58,018 bases of DNA, filler included, from Squatina squatina (GCA_031763465.1; 3 parts of 3 records of this genome joined end to end with filler, not necessarily neighbours in it); one strand, 5' to 3'. Shown: positions 1 to 11,713, counted from the first letter of the whole stretch. Notes: generated by a model not told the origin, from the letters alone. A program made the numbers and translations.

Positions 1-321
1 TAAAAACCCGAATTGGCCGCTCCAGGTAATTTGTTTCTCAATGCTATCTTATCCCACCCATTAGTAGAGGTCACCCCTCTTAACAGCTTAAGACCAGATT
101 TCACTTTTAAAGTTTATTCAGTTCCATAAGAATCGCCTTGGAAAAAAAAGATATCAATCTATTTTCTATGTACACTATAATAAGGCATGTCATGCATATT
201 GAAGAATGTTATTTCTCCAGATAAAAAATCCCCAAAATATATGGTAAACTGCAACCTAATAGTAAGACAGAGCTTCTCACATCAGTGCAAAGATCTAAGA
301 TTTTTTAAATTGTCTACATAC

Positions 322-436
322 CCGAATAGCACATTCATCATCAACCCTGGTGTGAGGTACCACCTTGTATTCAGCATTGCTGACAGTGGCACGCTGCGAA
401 GGCATTTTACAGAAATCTTGAGCGACCTCAATTTTC
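322..436 (-). CDS. STK33: Serine/threonine kinase 33, N-terminal coding exon just before the kinase domain
   Basis: Acceptor ctatttgcattttcag| at 437 and donor |GTATGT at 321. The 115-nt exon reads KIEVAQDFCKMPSQRATVSNAEYKVVPHTRVDDECAIR. KVVPHTRVDDECAI resembles the STK33 pre-kinase segment KVPHIRIENGAAIE (recalled). Same strand as and downstream of TRIM66, as in the known vertebrate gene order. Possible start ATG at 405-403. Confidence 0.8.
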
Positions 437-515
437 CTGAAAATGCAAATAGAGCATGAAGTTGAACAATATTGTAGTTTCAGAATAAATCTAACCATTT
501 GTAACAATTAACATG

Positions 516-1090
516 AAAGCAAAATACTGCGGATGCTGAAAATGTGAAATAAAAACTGAAAATGCTGGAAATACTCGGCAGGCCAGACAGTACCTGAAAG
601 TTAACATTTCAGGTCGATGACCTTTCATCAGAACTGGAAAGAGTTAGGGATATAACAAGGTTTAAGCAAGTAAAGAGGCAGGGAAAAGCGGGGAGGGGAG
701 GAAAGGACAAAAGGGAAGGTCAGTGACAGGGTGGAATGCTGGAGTGATTAAATGACAAAAGGGATGATAGCGCAAGGCAAAATGGAGATGGTAAGGGGAC
801 AAGTAAAGTCAGATAGATGGGTCTGGAAGAGGTGNNNNNNNNNNGCAGAATCATAAACAGCTACCATCTGAAAACAAAGGGGGCCGTGGTTATGATCTGA
901 AATTGTTGAACTCAATGTTGAGTCCAGAGGTTGCAAAGAGCCTAACTGAAAGATGAGGTGCTGCTCTTTGAGCTTACGTTGGAATAGTGTGGGAGGCCGA
1001 GGACAGAGAGGTCAGAGTGGGAGCGGAGCGGAGAATTAAAGTGACAGGAGACCGGAAGCTCGGGGCCAGACTTGCGGACTGAACAACCAC
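516..1090 (-). mobile_element. Penelope-like retroelement fragment (terminal repeat plus 3' end of the GIY-YIG region)
   Basis: Terminal motif aaagcaaaatactgcggatgctg...aaatgctggaaatactc recurs at 5172, 10812, 13815 and 53758. Segment 885-1075 is homologous to 11175-11375, which continues into a GIY-YIG coding remnant. Confidence 0.75.
596..637 (-). ncRNA. Minimal type I hammerhead ribozyme motif within the Penelope-like terminal repeat
   Basis: Minus strand reads CCAGTT-CTGATGA-A-AGGTC-ATC-GACCT-GAAA-TGTT-AACT: CUGAUGA and GAAA core boxes, 5-bp stem II, stem I AGTT/AACT and a minimal stem III. Confidence 0.65.
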
Positions 1091-2034
1091 TGGNNNNNNN
1101 NNNNNNNNNNNNNNNNNNNNNNNNNNNNNNNNNNNNNNNNNNNNNNNNNNNNNNNNNNNNNNNNNNNNNNNNNNNNNNNNNNNNNNNNNNNNNACCTGAT
1201 CCTACTTACCAATCAGCTGCCTCCCCTGCGCCGCGTCACTTTTTGAAACGTGGCGTCACCTTGAACTCAACCACTGGTCACTGTGAGGGAGAGAGCTCTC
1301 CACGCTCTTTTTAAGCTGCTGCTGCTCGCACCTGTCCTCCTACAGGGAAAGTGATGAAAGAGCTGGCCCTGCAAACAAAGCATCTGTCACCTGCTTCATG
1401 CACCAGTGGTTTGCAGATTGCGTAATATGGCATATATCTTCTGAGGTGGCTTGAAATGATGCAGTTCAAGGCTGAGGTCACTTTATCAGCCACTTGCTTA
1501 ATTGTCCCATCCCTATTGTTGATCTTGTCTAAAGTTCTGGTTCATAGGTAAACTGTCGACGACAAACAAACACAGGTCTCAACAACAATAACAACTTGCA
1601 ATTATGTAGCTCCTTTAAATAGAGAAAAATGTCCCCTAATGCTGTATAAGGGGGTAAATACAAAATGGAGATATTCGAGGGCAGAAATTTGTTTAGGCCT
1701 GTTTTTGAGCCAAGACAGCCTGTGACTAATCACATTGGCAGAACTAGAAAGTAAAATTGGTCAGGGGCCCTCTATCACGAAATAGGTGAGCGGCCAGCAT
1801 TAGGCTCTTTGTTGACTGACAGTTCACCTAATCAGGGTCTTAAATATCGGGCATCCATGTNNNNNNNNNNNNNNNNNNNNNNNNNNNNNNNNNNNNNNNN
1901 NNNNNNNNNNNNNNNNNNNNNNNNNNNNNNNNNNNNNNNNNNNNNNNNNNNNNNNNNNNNTTATTTAAGTTGAACACAGTTGTTTCTGACCCAAGTTCCT
2001 CACTTTCAAACTGAATGCTAAAATCTATCATGTT

Positions 2035-2500
2035 ATGGGGTGCAGAGGAGAATCACTGGAATGTTACCGGAGATGAGGGATTTTACTTACATCGAGACAC
2101 TAGAAAAACTGGGATTGCTCTCTTTAAAGCGTAGAAGGTTAAGGAGAGATTTAATAATGTTTAAAATGATGAAGGGTTTTGATAAAGTAAATAAGGAGAA
2201 ACTTTCCACTGGCAGGAGGGTCAGTAACCAGGGAACTTAGATTTAAGATAACTGGCAGGAGATGAGACTTCCTTTTTTTTGTTAAACGCAGCGTGTTATG
2301 ATCTGGAATTCACTGCCTGAAAGGGTGGTAGAAGCAGATTCGATATTAACTTTTCAGAGGGAATTAGATTATATAAGTGAGGAGGAAAAATTTGCAGGCT
2401 TGTGGGGAAAGAGCAGGGGAGTGGAACTAATTGGATAGTTCTTTCAAAGAGCCAGCACTGGCACCATGGGCCGACCTATTTCTGTGCTGTATAATTCTAT
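2035..2500 (+). mobile_element. CR1 LINE 3' fragment
   Basis: Translation QRRITGMLPEMRDFTYIETLEKLGLLSLKRRRLRRDLI is the typical CR1 ORF2 C-terminus, followed by a WNSLP-type segment and 3' UTR. Confidence 0.85.
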
Positions 2501-2974
2501 GATGTACAATATATATATAATTGATTTATATAGAAATAAAAACAATGAACACCTGTGAGTTTAAGGCTGCATTTCAATCAAAAGGGTCACGTGCATTCAC
2601 ACAGTGCTAAAGCTTCACTCGCATGGTTCCGAATCTGAACCCCCAGATTGGTTTACAACCTAGCAACTCCCCCTCTAGTCTGTAAACAGAAACAATATCT
2701 GCCTCACCTTCTCTTCCTGTCAAATGATGCAGTCTCACTGTGAGTGCTTGCATCATAAAGACTGTCTCAGTGTCATTCTAGTCATGCAAGGTCACTGTCA
2801 CTAACACAAGAGACTTACGCCAAGTGGATTTTAAATAGTTTTTACTTACATAATAAAGTGCATGGCTTCCTTCTAGCAGGTTCACCCCACACCTTCACAG
2901 CTGAGAGGCACTGCTAAGCTGGCCTTTGAAATGACAGACCCCTTCCTTTCCGTGCTTCGCATTGTGCCCCTCAC

Positions 2975-3057
2975 CTGCACAGGTACCGAGCACCATCCCA
3001 GCATACTTCCCAATACAACTGTTCACTCTTCCCATGTGATCTGTCTTGAAGAAAATC
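2975..3057 (-). other. Candidate upstream STK33 exon (coding or 5' UTR)
   Basis: Acceptor tttttgtttgctaagctcag| and donor CAG|GTGAGG. 83 nt, open in phase 0 to phase 2 (DFLQDRSHGKSEQLYWEVCWDGARYLC), which matches the phase-2 start of exon 322-436. No homology recognised. Confidence 0.35.
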
Positions 3058-3222
3058 CTGAGCTTAGCAAACAAAAACCACATGTGAATTGTACAAAAGT
3101 TCAGAACAGGGGTTCTCAACCTNNNNNNNNNNNNNNNNNNNNNNNNNNNNNNNNNNNNNNNNNNNNNNNNNNNNNNNNNNNNNNNNNNNNNNNNNNNNNN
3201 NNNNNNNNNNNNNNNNNNNNNN

Positions 3223-3385
3223 GTGCATATTTAAGTCCGAGATAGATAGATTTCTAATCAGTAAGGGAATCAAGGGTTATGGGGAAGGTGGACTTGAGAA
3301 ATGTCAGATCAGCCAGGAATGGCGGAGCGGGCTCGACAGGCTGAATGGCCTACTCCTGCTCCTACTTCTTATGGTCTTATTGTCT
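3223..3385 (+). mobile_element. CR1 LINE 3' end and tail
   Basis: FKSEIDRFLISKGIKGYG terminus followed by the gaatggcggagc...ggcctactcctgctcc...cttatg tail. Confidence 0.85.
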
Positions 3386-4343
3386 TATATTTTTAAACAT
3401 TTTAAAAGTTTTTTTTTAATTTCAAAATTTTTTTTGTGTTATTTATCTCTTTTTTATTGCATTTTAATGGAAGAATAGTTTTAAAATGTTTTGGCATCTG
3501 TTTGTGTTGTTTTTCATCTTTTATTGAAGTTTTGACAGTTCTTGACAGATCTTGATTGGCTGGGGCCTCCCATATGACCTCTCCAGCCTCTTCACTCGAC
3601 TTTCCCGGGAAACTAGAGAGCCCCGCTCCGAATCTTCAACTCGGGGGGCTGAAGATCACTAATTGCATGGATCCAGGGCCCTTAGATAAGTATGAAATTT
3701 TTTTTGTGATTGGAGGCATCCGCATGCAGGAAACCTCCAATCGCAATTTCAGGGCCAATCACTTTTGACATCTCACGGCCATTGTTCTTCATCAGCAACA
3801 GGTTCCTCACTAATGTGCTTCAAGCTATTCTAACTTCAACCTTGGTACTTTTTCAGAATAAAACAAGGAGAACAAAGGAATTTATGACAGAAAACAGTGG
3901 ATGGTCAGGAATAAATTAACAGCATACATGGGATTATTGTTATTAAAGAATTTTACCATTATTCATGTGATGCGTATGTACTTACTGGCAGCATATGCTT
4001 TGCTGTATTTTCACCACTGATTAGCCATAATTCTTCGATATACAAGAGTCCATCCTATGTTCTTATGTTCCATCCTACCTACAAATTTCTTTTGCCCCGT
4101 CATTTCCTTAGTACTNNNNNNNNNNNNNNNNNNNNNNNNNNNNNNNNNNNNNNNNNNNNNNNNNNNNNNNNNNNNNNNNNNNNNNNNNNNNNNNNNNNNN
4201 NNNNNNNNNNNNNNNCTATTAACTAGAAACACTTACCTTTACTTAATAGGCTATTAACTAGAAACAATATGCACCAATATTCATTATGTATGTTTTTATT
4301 TTTTATTTTTTGAATTCTCAGATAATTGTTAAAAAGAGCTCAC

Positions 4344-4491
4344 ATGATGTTGAACCTCACATCTTTGGAATGTATTCTTGCTGCTTTTTATTTTGTTATC
4401 TTCCATTAATCGCATTATTCAACCACCGATCCATCAGTATCAATTCCAGCCTCTCCGAAATCAGCACTAGTTTTGTAACCAGCAATCCCAG
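4344..4491 (-). other. Candidate upstream STK33 exon with possible start codon
   Basis: Acceptor tattgtgtttacag|. ATG at 4406-4404 opens MEDNKIKSSKNTFQRCEVQHH up to donor |GTGAGC (phase 0). An alternative donor |GTGAGG lies at 4360. Confidence 0.3.
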
Positions 4492-5171
4492 CTGTAAACA
4501 CAATATAGATTAATTAAATCTCGCAAATATTATCATCTTTTGGTTTAAATTTAACTTCATAATGGGTTTAATCAACGTACTTGAGCAAGTCAACATTTCC
4601 ACAGTATATGATCGGCCATAATCATTTTAATGTCACAGCTCCAGAAATTACAATAGTTTTGAACACCCAGTGATAAGTCCTAAATGGAATATAATGAGTC
4701 CTACTAACTACTGTAAAGACCTTAATTAGCTGTGAATGAAGCAATAATTATTTATTTTTCAATTAGTCAAATTATTCTAAATATAGAAGGCATTTTACTC
4801 CCTTTCCACAAATCTTATTTCTTCACCTTCTATTAATAGGTTGGAAACCAATTACGATTGAAGTAGAAGGCCCATGAGGGCTATAAGAATAATAGTGAAA
4901 AAAATGAAAGAATATCAGAAAATAAGAAACGAGGTCGCATGCAGGATAAGGAAAACTAAGAGGGGGGTGTGCGAACTGTTTCAAAAAGCATCAAAGGTAA
5001 CAGTAAAGTATTTTATAAATCCATCAGTTAAAAGAGATTTGTCAAGAGTGAGGTGGGACCCGAGAAGAAAGGATTGTCAATTTGTAGATGAAAATCAGAA
5101 AATTAAACAGAAGGATAGCGGAGCGGGGGTGAATCTTGAGTGGCTGAGGGCGAGATGAGTGATACTGTAAC

Positions 5172-5295
5172 AAAAGCAAAATATTGGAAATCTGAAATAA
5201 AAACAGAAAATGTCGAAACACTCAGCAGGTCAGGCAACATCTGTGGAGAGAGAGAAATAGGTTTAATGTTTCAGGTCAATGATCTTTCACCAGTT
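5172..5295 (-). mobile_element. Penelope-like terminal repeat copy with a mutated hammerhead core
   Basis: Same motif as 516-640, but the core reads CTGGTGA...GACCTGAAAC on the minus strand (A-to-G change in the CUGANGA box). Confidence 0.7.
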
Positions 5296-5371
5296 TCTGT
5301 TTTTATTTATGAGCGATACTCTGACAGATAAAAGGCCAATTATGGGAATACAAGTTTCTGCATGCACTATT

Positions 5372-5450
5372 AAGAACATAAGAAATAGGAGCAGGAGTAG
5401 GCCATTCGACCCTTCGAGCCTGCTCCGCCATTCAATATGATCATGGCTAA
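5372..5450 (-). mobile_element. CR1 3' tail
   Basis: aagaacataagaaataggagcaggagtaggccattcg is the reverse complement of the CR1 tail at 3320-3375. Confidence 0.8.
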
Positions 5451-5727
5451 TTGTCTGCCAAAGTGAGGTATGTTCACCTCAGTCAGCAGATGCAGGTAAC
5501 ACTGGGTGGGCACAGAGCACCTCGTGTGCAGCTTGAACTGTCAGGCATTACTTTGTTAGTCCTCTTTTTCTTTCAAATACCTTGGGGAATTCCCACTGGG
5601 AAACTCATTTGATGCCAGTAATGTTGCCAGGGGCAAAAAAAAAACAGCAAAAAGTGAAAAGGCTCAAGAGAATCTAGTTGTTAGTAGCAAGAAAAAAAAA
5701 AGAAAAAAATGGCTGAAATAAACTTAC

Positions 5728-5827
5728 CTTAACATTACTGTGTTATTGCCATGCCTTTCTGTTCATTTACTGCAGCCTTGCAATGTTGGATGCCAATGTC
5801 ACATGGGTGCGATTTACATCTGATGTC
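5728..5827 (-). other. Candidate non-coding exon (possible STK33 5' UTR)
   Basis: Pyrimidine-rich acceptor ...cttcctacctggtatacag| and a perfect donor AAG|GTAAGT. Stops occur in all three frames. Confidence 0.3.
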
Positions 5828-6044
5828 CTGTATACCAGGTAGGAAGTGAATGTAGGACAGGAAAGCCAAAAATCAATACATAAATGCCTCCTTCCCNNNN
5901 NNNNNNNNNNNNNNNNNNNNNNNNNNNNNNNNNNNNNNNNNNNNNNNNNNNNNNNNNNNNNNNNNNNNNNNNNNNNNNNNNNNNNNNNNNNNNNNNAGCC
6001 TTTATATTTTTTAATAGCTTGTGAAATGTACACATTGAAAATAA

Positions 6045-7848
6045 CCATCATGTTTTAAAACTTTATTCAGCAATGTTAACATTTTATTACAGTAGTAAGT
6101 AATAAGAATGGATTTAACAGAGTACTTTTAAAGTTAATTTAATTACAATCTGCTGACAATTTATGCATCTACTGTCATGTACAATAGTTAAATGTATAGA
6201 TTTCATTGAAATACATATCAATCATCATGAACAGCAATGCCGGCGAAGCCATTTCTACTCTACATCTGGCATTTTAAGTACTGTTCTGGTATTTATTTAA
6301 AACAAAATATTTTCTTCTCATTACTTTAACAGTAATCTAATTAAAGGTCTCACATTCAAACAATGGTATTGTGTTGACATGTATGGTTATGTTGTTCTTG
6401 TTATTGATTAGTCTGAAACTCGTGCAGCCTTCATTTTAAAGAGCTGGCCTCAGGCCCTCATGCTGGTGCCCTTCATCTCACTCTGGAAGGTCACTCACGA
6501 CAAACTGCCAGCATAGCTCCATAGTTCTTTTTCTATGCATAAAAAAAGCTCACACTACAGGTCAATGCGCCGGCTTAGATCAGAGATCAACAATCATGAC
6601 TATAACCTAATCATGTAGTTACCTGCACAAATAGCTCCTCCTTCAAGGCTTTCTCACCTACCTAGCCCCCTTATCATTTTTCTTTTCAAATCAATACATA
6701 AAAGTTCAAAAAGAGGGTCATGTTGGCAGCATTCTGCCAATTGCAACTTTGTGGATGACGGTGTTTGAGCATTTGTGAAGCAACAATAATCCAAAATTCC
6801 AAAAAGCTTTATAATCAAAATCTATGCAGTTTAACAACAAGTTGAATTTTAAAAATCTGCACAGTTGACATGTTAATAGAAAAATAAAATCCATCCCAAA
6901 ATAAACCAATAGTGATTCCAATCACCACCACACTCAATTTCTTGTTCTAATTTGCAACAATCAAATCCTGGAAAATAAAGACTAAAATTGATATTCCTCA
7001 AGCAACTCACGACAGAACACTATACAATCCAAAAGATAGCCTGGCAGGAATATCAGAAGTTAAACATTTAATTAAAAAACACAACCCACATTCAACTGAA
7101 TGAGGGTAGAATTTCTACAGGGGTTCACCGTTTATGCTGTTTCTCAGAGGGTCCGTCCAAATCTTCCGCCCAAGTTAAGTGGATGATCGGGAGAACCCCA
7201 ATGGAAATTCAACGTTGAATGTCATTTTCATTGCACAGGCTTTTGTTTACATGAAGAATAAGACATTTGAATAGATTATCATTTCACCATCTGCATTCCA
7301 CAAATATATCTGATGCTAACTGGATTAGAGAACATCACCAGTAACGCTGTTTTATAACTGTTCCCTCGCCCAGCAGCAATGCAAACGTAGGCAAGTTATA
7401 CAAGCCTTTCACACAAAGTTCTTGTCAGGATAAATTTCTTTTAGTTTTTCGTTAAAACATGTTTCTAAGCTTCTCCCAGCTTGGGCCACCTGTGAATCTG
7501 GCTATAAAAGATCACTGGACATTAAATAGATATATTCCAGATTTAATTGTTTTGCATACACACAAAAATTCAATGCAACATTCTCTGTAACTTGCTCTCA
7601 ATGCCTTTCAATAATGTTCAAAATCTGTGTCATTACAGATAGGACTTGGAATTGTATAATGGGATATCAAGAATGAACACAGTAATGGAGTGGTTAGAAA
7701 TTCCTCTACAATTCACCACATCCAGCCTCATTCAGTGTAATTACTTTACAACAATCTATGAAAAGAACTGGTAATTGTCATATACTGTTTCCACTTCAGG
7801 GAAGCTGGTATCCACATTCCTGAGAGGTCCAACAATTATTATAGAAAA
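6045..7848 (-). other. Probable TRIM66 3' UTR with polyadenylation signals
   Basis: AT-rich, ORF-poor stretch with two minus-strand AATAAA hexamers near 6062-6067 and 6082-6087, located between the TRIM66 5' exons and STK33. Assignment is inferred from position only. Confidence 0.3.
7104..7214. mobile_element. Short inverted-repeat (MITE-like) element
   Basis: ggtagaatttctacaggggttc at the left end is an imperfect inverted repeat of gaaccccaatggaaattcaacg at the right end. Confidence 0.55.
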
Positions 7849-7948
7849 NNNNNNNNNNNNNNNNNNNNNNNNNNNNNNNNNNNNNNNNNNNNNNNNNNNN
7901 NNNNNNNNNNNNNNNNNNNNNNNNNNNNNNNNNNNNNNNNNNNNNNNN

Positions 7949-8240
7949 CAAACAGCAGAAATAGTTTCTCTCTGTCTACCCTATCTGTTCCCCTTAATAT
8001 CATGAAAACTTCAACAGATGACCCCTTCACTGTCTAAATTCTGGGGAACACAGTCCTAATTTGTGTAATCTCTCCTCGTAACTTAACCCTTGAAGTCCGG
8101 GTACTATCCTGGTAAACCTACACTCCGCTCCCTCCAAGGCCAATATACCCTTCCTAAGATGTGGTGCCCAGAACTGCTTGCAATACACCAGATATGGTCT
8201 AACCAGGGTTTTGTACAGTGGCAGCATAATTTCTACTGAT
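7949..8240 (-). mobile_element. CR1 LINE ORF2 3' fragment
   Basis: LYKTLVRPYLVYCKQFWAPHLRK...LSYEERLHKLGL matches the CR1 RT C-terminal motif. Confidence 0.9.
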
Positions 8241-8672
8241 TGGATCTCACAGTGCAATATCCTTACTTATAAAAGAAAATCAATTTGTTTGTGTGTATTG
8301 GCATCACGTGTGANNNNNNNNNNTTAGGAAAGACGATGGGGGGATAAAACCAAGTAATTTAATGTTGGGAGCAGGAAAAGAAACAAAAAGGAGAATAAAT
8401 CTCATGATTATCATCCAGGGTCAATTGCCACCTTGAAGAAGGAGCTTGCTTGACATCTGTTGAGAAGACGGATTGAAGGTTATAGTCAGCAGCTGTCCAG
8501 TGAAGGAGGGATGTTATTTGTGTCCATTGCTTCCTTCTTAGTATTGCTATTGTGCACCTCGTTCAATTCCCTNNNNNNNNNNNNNNNNNNNNNNNNNNNN
8601 NNNNNNNNNNNNNNNNNNNNNNNNNNNNNNNNNNNNNNNNNNNNNNNNNNNNNNNNNNNNNNNNNNNNNNNN

Positions 8673-9450
8673 ATACTACATCTGTTCATTCCCCTTGATC
8701 TACGCTGCGAGTTACATCCTCAAAAATTCTAATAAATTTGTTAAACACGATTTTCCTTTTCATAAAACCATTTTGACTCTGCCTAATCATATTATGATTT
8801 TCTAAGTGCCCAGTTACCATTTCCTTAATAATGGGTTGCAGCAGTTTCCAGATGACTGATGTCAGGCTAACTGGCCTGTAGTTCCCTGTTTTCTCTCCCC
8901 CTCTTTTCTTGAATAGCAAGGGTTCCACTTGCTACCTCAATCCACTGGGACTGTTCTAGAATCTAGGGAATTTTGGAAAATCTCAACCAATGCATCCACT
9001 ATCTCTGCAGCCATCTCTTTTAGATCCCCAGGATGTAGGTCATCGGGTCTCGGGGATTTGTCGGCTTTTAAGTCCATTCGTTTCTCAAGTACTTTTCTCT
9101 ACTGATATTAATTAAGTTCCTCACTTATATTAGCCTCTTGGTATGTTTTTTGTGTTTTATACTGTGAAGACAGATACAAAATATTTGTTTAAATTCTCTG
9201 CCATTTCCTCATTTCCAATTATAATTCCACCTGTTTCAGCCTCAAAGGGACCAACTCTTAATTTTGCTATTCTTTANNNNNNNNNNNNNNNNNNNNNNNN
9301 NNNNNNNNNNNNNNNNNNNNNNNNNNNNNNNNNNNNNNNNNNNNNNNNNNNNNNNNNNNNNNNNNNNNNNNNNNNNATCCGGAGCTTATTACCTTTGAGG
9401 TCCTGCTTTTTAATCCTTTTCCTAGCTCCCTAAAACCTTTTTGCAGGACC
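8673..9450 (-). mobile_element. CR1 LINE ORF2 (RT) fragments spanning a gap
   Basis: PLLFKKRGGEKTGNYRPVSLTSVIWKLL...IRQSQNGF are N-terminal RT motifs. Confidence 0.85.
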
Positions 9451-9491
9451 TAGCGATTTTTGCAGCACTCAAGAGCTGTGCAATACCTTAC

Positions 9492-9636
9492 CTGCAGTAT
9501 GTTCCGGGGTGAACAGCTTATGATGCTTTGTATCCTTCCCATGCGCATGTTCTTCTGAGCATGTACTGCACAGCCACTTACTGCAGTTTGAACAGAAATT
9601 GAGGGCTGGTTTCTTTTCTTCACAGTCTGAGCAGTG
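9492..9636 (-). CDS. TRIM66: TRIM66 (TIF1-delta) B-box 1 exon
   Basis: Acceptor ttgtttattctcgccag| and donor G|GTAAGG. 145 nt encoding HCSDCEEKKPALNFCSNCSKWLCSTCSEEHAHGKDTKHHKLFTPEHTA, a B-box type 1 pattern close to mammalian TRIM66 NCSECKEKRAAHILCTYCNRWLCSSCTEEHRH (recalled). Flanked by STK33 and RPL27A. Confidence 0.88.
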
Positions 9637-10811
9637 CTGGCGAGAATAAACAAACACTGTAAATTCAGCTAATTACTTCAAAAGTTATGCACACTAGGCC
9701 TCTAAAGCTAGGTTAAGTTGCTGCAGTATTACCCTTGGCACCTATAAGTAACAGCTTACTGAGGAGAGACTGACATTTCTGGAGCCATTATCATCAACAG
9801 TTCGTGCAATTCAGGGATATAAGAGAATGGTCGAGGTCACACAGTGAGATTGCTTCCTAGAAAATATCATTACTTGTTTACATATGTGCATTGTTGGTTT
9901 CTGAATTTATAATTAGTGTCCATTAATTTATAAAACTGCAGCCTTCCTTTTTTCAAAATGTTATTTGACAGTTTTATACAAGGTGCTAAAAAGAACACAG
10001 CCACTGTGATCTATGTAGCTGACCAACAGGAAATAGTGCACTGCAATAACATGTCACTTTCAGAAGAACAAATGATCAAAAGCACTGGGGAACAAGGTCA
10101 GAGCTTTAGATATAGTACTTCTTGTGGTACATGGAGATATATGCCTGTTTTGACACTCTTTTCTGCTTTTTATGCTCAAAAACTGGAAGGTGACAGCCAC
10201 GTAACCTTGTTTGCAAGATCAACTCTACAAGCAGACTGGGGCATATTCATGCAGTGTGTTGAATTTACCTTCTTACAAAATCTGTAATGGTTTACAGTAC
10301 TGGAGACCAAACAGAAATTATGGCCAATATGGTATAAGCAAATTAAATGTTGGCCTATGGCAGATCATTCATAAAGATGATTTCTAATAACGTATTTTTC
10401 ACAACTTCTCTCGACTGGTCAGGGAGAGGAGATCAGTACTGAGGAATGGAATAATTTTTCCATCCCATTGACACCCAGTGTCAGCAGCAAGCACTCTCAA
10501 GTCAGGTATAACACAGGCCAGAGAAAGAGCAATGGTCCTTTTACCTTACCCCAACAATGTGTCTTAACCCATACAGCACTTCTTACTGTCCCAGGGTGAA
10601 TGTTTCCATTCACCATGCCTTGCATCCTTATGGTCTTTCTGGGCAAGATTTCTAACTAAGCCTTAATTTGTATTTTGTTGCAGGCTTGTATCTATTAAGA
10701 GCAGAATTGAGACGGTCAGCCTCCTTTAACAGAGAATCAGAAAGAAAGAGGTGACTTTTTAAATCCAATTAGAATGGGTTGAAATCAGACAAATTGGCAA
10801 AGGTATATATA

Positions 10812-11613
10812 CAAAGGCAAAATCCAGTGGATGCTGGAAATCTGAAATATCTAACTGGAAAATGGCATTGAGGTGGAAGATCAGCCATGATCTTGTTGAA
10901 TGACGGAGCAGGGTCGAGGGGCCAAAAGGCATCCACCTGCTCCTATTTCTTATGTTCTTATGTAAACAGAAAATGCTGGAAATACTTAGCAGGCCACGCA
11001 ACATCTGTGGAGAGAAAACAAGTTAACGTTTCAGCCTTTCGTCAGAGCTGGAAAATGCTAAGAGATGTAGCAGATTTTAAGGTTTGTGATAGGGTGGAAG
11101 GCGGGGGTGAAAGGCAGGAGTGAATAAATGAACAGCAGAATCATTAACAGCACTTGATGTCCAAAAAAATGGGAGCAGTGGTTATGATCTGAAATTGTTG
11201 AACTTGATGTTGAGTCCGGAATGCTGTAAAGTGCCTAACTGAAAGATGAGGTGCTGTTCCTCAAGCTTCTGTTGAGCTTCACTGGAACAGTGCAGGAGGC
11301 CAAGGACAGGGAGGTCAGAGTGGGAGTGGAGCAGAGCATTAAAATAGCAAGCGATTGGAAACTTGCAGACTGACGGAGATGTTCAGCAAATCTACACTTC
11401 GTTTCCCCAATGTAGAGGACACCACATTGTGAGCAATGAATACAGTATGTTAAATTGAAAGAAGTGTAAGTACATCATTGTTTCACCTGGAAAGAGTGTT
11501 TGGGGTCCTGGAAAGTGGGAAGGGAAGAGGTAAAAGGGCAGGTGTTGCATCTCCTACGCTTGCATGGGAAGGTGCCATGGGACGGGGAGTGGGTCTTGGG
11601 CGATTGATGAGTG
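10812..11613 (-). mobile_element. Penelope-like element: terminal repeat plus degenerate GIY-YIG endonuclease
   Basis: Minus strand near 11380-11490 translates to FNLTYCIHCSQCGVLYIGETKCRFAEHL, a PLE-type GIY-YIG motif. The terminal repeat matches the copy at 516. Confidence 0.85.
10850..10962 (+). mobile_element. CR1 3' tail nested inside the Penelope-like terminal repeat
   Basis: gatcagccatgatcttgttgaatgacggagcagg...cctgctcctatttcttatgttcttatg splits the motif tctgaaata|aaacagaaaatgctgg. Confidence 0.8.
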
Positions 11614-11713
11614 NNNNNNNNNNNNNNNNNNNNNNNNNNNNNNNNNNNNNNNNNNNNNNNNNNNNNNNNNNNNNNNNNNNNNNNNNNNNNNNNNNNNNNN
11701 NNNNNNNNNNNNN

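Noticed and set aside
4216-4266. Direct repeat ctattaactagaaaca flanking a donor-like site
   Set aside because: It abuts a gap edge and is probably a small local duplication or assembly artefact.
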